Shown: positions 13,715-14,869 of the stretch, one piece after another
Layout of the letters: the number at the start of each line of letters is the position of its first letter
How positions within the stretch are numbered: the first letter of the stretch is position 1
The notes under the pieces: model-generated
What the model was told of the DNA's origin: nothing
The model's input: only the letters and a program-made list of their open reading frames with translations
Database searches by the model: none
Made by a program: the position numbers and the translations under genes
Virus record (IMG/VR): IMGVR_UViG_3300043119_000443
Strand: one strand, 5' to 3'
DNA length: 14,869 nt
DNA from: a virus
Lineage: Duplodnaviria; Heunggongvirae; Uroviricota; Caudoviricetes

Positions 13715-13741
13715 AAGCCCCCTCTTACTGAGGGGGCTTTT
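13715..13741 (+). terminator. Rho-independent terminator
   Basis: AAGCCCCCTC-TTACT-GAGGGGGCTT then TT. Confidence 0.75.
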
Positions 13742-13746
13742 GCTTA

Positions 13747-13791
13747 TGCAATTAGCGTGCCAACATGGGTGCCCATGCAAGGCCCATGCCA
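13747..13791 (-). promoter_or_regulatory. Two tandem sigma54-type promoters TGGCACGCTAATTGCA (13747-13762) and TGGCATGGGCCTTGCA (13776-13791)
   Basis: Both near-perfect consensus. Confidence 0.7.
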
Positions 13792-13799
13792 GAGGGCAC

Positions 13800-14350
13800 A
13801 TGGTATGGTTAATTTATTGTGCTGTTTTGTTAACCATACTTTCTTGGTTAATGCTGCATTAAAGTTAACAACAGGGGTGTATTTATTAACCATACTTTCT
13901 TGGTTAATTTTTTAGGGTTATTCATTAACCATACCAGAATTTACAGATTTTTAACCTTAACAGAATGTGTCTTTCTGTTAAGGTTAACCCACTGCTAAGC
14001 CCCCTCTATTTAAGCCCCCTATGTAGAGCATGGTTAATGCAAATTAACCTTACTATGTGCTACTGTATGCTAATCTCTTATTAACCTTAACAACATATGT
14101 ATGCTACTATGTATTAAGGTTAACATATGTATAATATTATTAATAATTAATAATAATTTAATTTTTTATTAATTTTATTGATTATTAACCTTAACAAGCT
14201 GTTAACCTTATCGGTTAGGGTTTTGTTAACCCTAACGGGGGTATGCCCCAATCTGGGTCAATTAACCTTACTACGCCACTCATTATACGCATGTGCCAGA
14301 CCCACCTTTTCGACCGGGGGTACTTATAATTAAGCCCCGCCTCTTATAAC
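13800..14350. repeat. Second AT-rich TTAA(GG/CC)TTAA array with a 50-nt pure-AT tract; candidate origin or genome terminus
   Basis: No G/C at 14130-14179; direct repeat TTAACCATACTTTCTTGGTTAAT x2; TAAGCCCC repeats. Confidence 0.85.
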
Positions 14351-14472
14351 CTTGATTTCATAAAAAATTTTCAGAATTTAGCCCTTACAGGGGGTGAAAG
14401 GCTTCTAGCCTCCGCAGGGGGTAAGGCCCATCGCCCGATAACAGCCCTTATCGGCCCATCAGCCTATAGGGC

Positions 14473-14501
14473 TTGACTTCCGTCCATGGACATGGGACAA
14501 C
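14473..14501 (+). promoter_or_regulatory. sigma70-type promoter TTGACT-17-GACAAC
   Basis: Predicted +1 coincides with ATG 14509. Confidence 0.5.
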
Positions 14502-14508
14502 CGTCGCC

Positions 14509-14667
14509 ATGAAGCACACGCACTCTTCCAAGCTCACCGCCCACTCGCGGAAGAAGCCCGGAACGCCCGGCCCCAAGAAGGGGACGGGAAAGCCGAAGGC
14601 GAAGCCGTTCTCGGCTCTCGCGCGTCCTGCTACTGGCCCCAAGCGAATTACGATGTCTCGCGACTAG
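14509..14667 (+). CDS. Basic Lys/Pro/Gly-rich 52-aa protein, probably leaderless
   Basis: MKHTHSSKLTAHSRKKPGTPGPKKGTGKPKAKPF...; no SD. Confidence 0.5.
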   Translation: MKHTHSSKLTAHSRKKPGTPGPKKGTGKPKAKPFSALARPATGPKRITMSRD

Positions 14668-14682
14668 CCCGGCTCTCCTGAC

Positions 14683-14759
14683 GGGCGGGTAGCTCAGTTG
14701 GGAAGAGCGCGCGATCGATAATCGCGAGGTCGCGGGTTCGATTCCCGCCCCGCCTACCA
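14683..14759 (+). tRNA. tRNA-Ile (anticodon GAU) with encoded CCA
   Basis: Cloverleaf: acceptor GGGCGGG/CCCGCCT, D-stem GCTC/GAGC, anticodon stem CGCGA/TCGCG with GAT at 14717-14719, T-loop TTCGATT, ends ACCA. Confidence 0.95.
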
Positions 14760-14842
14760 TTACCGCATTCGGTAATAACATGGCCCGGATACCCGCATCC
14801 GTACCCGATTTTACCCAAAGCGTAAAATAGTCCTTGACGATG

Positions 14843-14858
14843 TGGCACGACCCCTGCA
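14843..14858 (+). promoter_or_regulatory. sigma54-type promoter TGGCACGACCCCTGCA pointing out of the window
   Basis: Perfect -24 box, GG-N10-GC. Confidence 0.55.
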
Positions 14859-14869
14859 TAACCGGGTCA

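Noticed and set aside
13800-14350. Canonical DnaA boxes
   Set aside because: No TTATCCACA-type 9-mer seen by eye; the origin hypothesis rests on the AT tract and TTAA repeats only
14683-14759. tRNA as a prophage attachment site
   Set aside because: No integrase or duplicated tRNA 3' end in the window; cannot be assessed
14448-14859. Minus-strand ORFs over the tRNA
   Set aside because: Antisense to a well-formed tRNA; no SD or promoter

Overview
Phage-like DNA, GC-rich in coding parts and probably from a large phage of an alphaproteobacterial host (inferred from CtrA-like boxes). About 35 short, tightly packed minus-strand genes run from 13277 to the left edge. They include a 5' fragment of a UvrD/Rep-type SF1 helicase, a ribosomal-protein bL12-CTD-like gene and a very acidic ArdA/Ocr-like candidate. 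On the plus strand at the right are two small genes and a tRNA-Ile(GAU). The most striking content is non-coding. (1) Sixteen sigma54-type -24/-12 motifs (GG-N10-GC) occur, and ten of them sit directly upstream of minus-strand genes left of 8.7 kb. (2) A zone at 9.6-13.7 kb instead uses sigma70-type promoters, five copies of a palindromic operator (ATTACAAATTTGTAAT) and three copies of a ~200-bp bidirectional cassette. (3) Two AT-rich arrays (8.7-9.6 kb and 13.8-14.35 kb) built from TTAA(GG/CC)TTAA units with N7/N17 spacing contain CtrA-consensus boxes and bracket the sigma70 zone. Smaller clusters of the same unit lie upstream of several sigma54 motifs. The best candidate for an undescribed system is a phage two-tier regulatory circuit (sigma70+operator zone versus sigma54+TTAA-enhancer/CtrA zone) with repeated promoter-terminator cassettes that may also produce sRNAs. 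All functions are inferred by eye; no database searches were run.
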